The notes under the pieces are model-generated. The model was given only the letters and a program-made list of their open reading frames with translations. It was not told where the DNA came from and did no database searches. A program made the translations under genes and the position numbers. Below are positions 62,410-64,000 of a stretch of 64,000 nucleotides of DNA, in pieces. Numbering within the stretch: the first letter of the stretch is position 1; each line of letters starts with the position of its first letter. The stretch is from NCBI GenBank assembly GCA_051530055.1, contig CM121341.1, forward strand, positions 558,001 through 622,000, written 5' to 3'. Origin of the DNA: Neoechinorhynchus agilis. Taxonomy: Eukaryota; Animalia; Acanthocephala.

Positions 62410-62802
62410 TAAAAAATATACACGCTGGGTGTTAGGCCTTTTAGCTCGGATCCGCCGGTCCGCTATGCCCGAGTACGACGTTAATTTCGTGCGTACTCCC
62501 TGCGTTTGGATAACGCTTTTTGGTTTTGGTTGTTTATCCATCAAGACGAGCAATGCCAGAGTGAAGTTTGATTTGTTCCCTTCCATTGTTGCATTATTAT
62601 TGATTTGGATGACTTCCAATTCCAATTTCCTGCGTAGATCAGCTTCCTCGTGAATGAATTTTGCTTTTTCAAAACCTACTGAGTGCTGTGTCTTTTCTTG
62701 GTGATTGGAGATGGCCGAGACCGCATCAAACTTTCTGCATGCTTGTTTGTGCTGTTGTACTCTCTTTTTTAGACCCTGCTTCGTCTGTCCTATGTATGTG
62801 AG

Positions 62803-64000
62803 ACTGCACTTGTTGCATGGGATTTTATATACTCCTTGATCTGTATTTCTTACATTCCTCTTTTTTAGGATCCCGGTTATGGTAGGACCTTTCCTGCTTC
62901 TGATTCTAACTCTGAGCAATGATTTGTGCAGGCAGTTTAGTTTTCTGAATGAGACATCACTGACGAAGTTGAAGAGGACATATTTGATTGTGTTTTGTGT
63001 GGTTTGTATTTTTTCGCCGATGGCGTTGCGATACCGATTGAATCCCTTTCGAATTATCCATTGGGGATAGCCACTGCACTTGTTGCATGGGATTTTATAT
63101 ACTCCTTGATCTGTATTTCTTACATTCCTCTTTTTTAGGATCCCGGTTATGGTAGGACCTTTCCTGCTTCTGATTCTAACTCTGAGCAATGATTTGTGCA
63201 GGCAGTTTAGTTTTCTGAATGAGACATCACTGACGAAGTTGAAGAGGACATATTTGATTGTGTTTTGTGTGGTTTGTATTTTTTCGCCGATGGCGTTGCG
63301 ATACCGATTGAATCCCTTTCGAATTATCCATTGGGGATAGCCACTGCACTTGTTGCATGGGATTTTATATACTCCTTGATCTGTATTTCTTACATTCCTC
63401 TTTTTTAGGATCCCGGTTATGGTAGGACCTTTCCTGCTTCTGATTCTAACTCTGAGCAATGATTTGTGCAGGCAGTTTAGTTTTCTGAATGAGACATCAC
63501 TGACGAAGTTGAAGAGGACATATTTGATTGTGTTTTGTGTGGTTTGTATTTTTCGCCGATGGCGTTGCGATACCGATTGAATCCCTTTCGAATTATCCAT
63601 TGGGGATAGCCACTGCACTTGTTGCATGGGATTTTATATACTCCTTGATCTGTATTTCTTACATTCCTCTTTTTTAGGATCCCGGTTATGGTAGGACCTT
63701 TCCTGCTTCTGATTCTAACTCTGAGCAATGATTTGTGCAGGCAGTTTAGTTTTCTGAATGAGACATCACTGACGAAGTTGAAGAGGACATATTTGATTGT
63801 GTTTTGTGTGGTTTGTATTTTTTCGCCGATGGCGTTGCGATACCGATTGAATCCCTTTCGAATTATCCATTGGGGATAGCCACTGCACTTGTTGCATGGG
63901 ATTTTATATACTCCTTGATCTGTATTTCTTACATTCCTCTTTTTTAGGATCCCGGTTATGGTAGGACCTTTCCTGCTTCTGATTCTAACTCTGAGCAATG
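62803..64000. repeat. 270-bp tandem repeat (at least 4.4 copies) of PLE coding sequence
   Basis: Unit starts at 62803, 63073, 63343, 63612 and 63882; one unit is 269 bp. Confidence 0.96.

Larger units (their letters stand above)
62355..64000 (-). mobile_element. Penelope-like element, 3' part (GIY-YIG endonuclease plus terminal region); continues beyond the window
   Basis: GVYKIPCNKCSLTYIGQTKQGLKKRVQQH..SAISNH..H..LELEVIQI, preceded by a GYP..II segment like the PLE RT C-terminus. Confidence 0.88.

Overview
Eukaryotic, metazoan-type DNA: AT-rich, mostly short GT-AG introns (41-55 nt), heterochromatin-like. The species cannot be determined from the sequence. (1) 1-10429(-): one uninterrupted frame encoding the N-terminal ~3,476 aa of an axonemal outer-arm dynein heavy chain (DNAH5/DNAH8 type). 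It runs off the window edge, so the ORF track omits it. (2) 10.9-16.7 kb: a CRE-like RLE non-LTR retrotransposon with a 21-bp minisatellite, a stefin-like gene and a decayed JNK-like pseudogene. (3) 16.7-48.3 kb: a ~92-bp satellite array with two orientation switches, interrupted by three Ty3/Gypsy elements, a second CRE-like family (full plus truncated copy) and a kinase fragment. (4) 48.3-52.6 kb: a Mag-type Gypsy carrying a trehalase fragment and a ~455-bp tRNA-headed insert. That insert contains a complete hammerhead ribozyme core in a non-circularly permuted order and is the best candidate for an undescribed system. (5) 53.6-61.2 kb: foldback/palindromic elements, a ~1.95-kb duplication with a Ly6/quiver-like gene, an RTE remnant and a second stefin copy. 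(6) 62.1-64 kb: a LINE RT remnant and a Penelope-like 3' end with a minimal hammerhead and a 270-bp tandem amplification. All alignments and RNA folds were done by eye; no searches were run.
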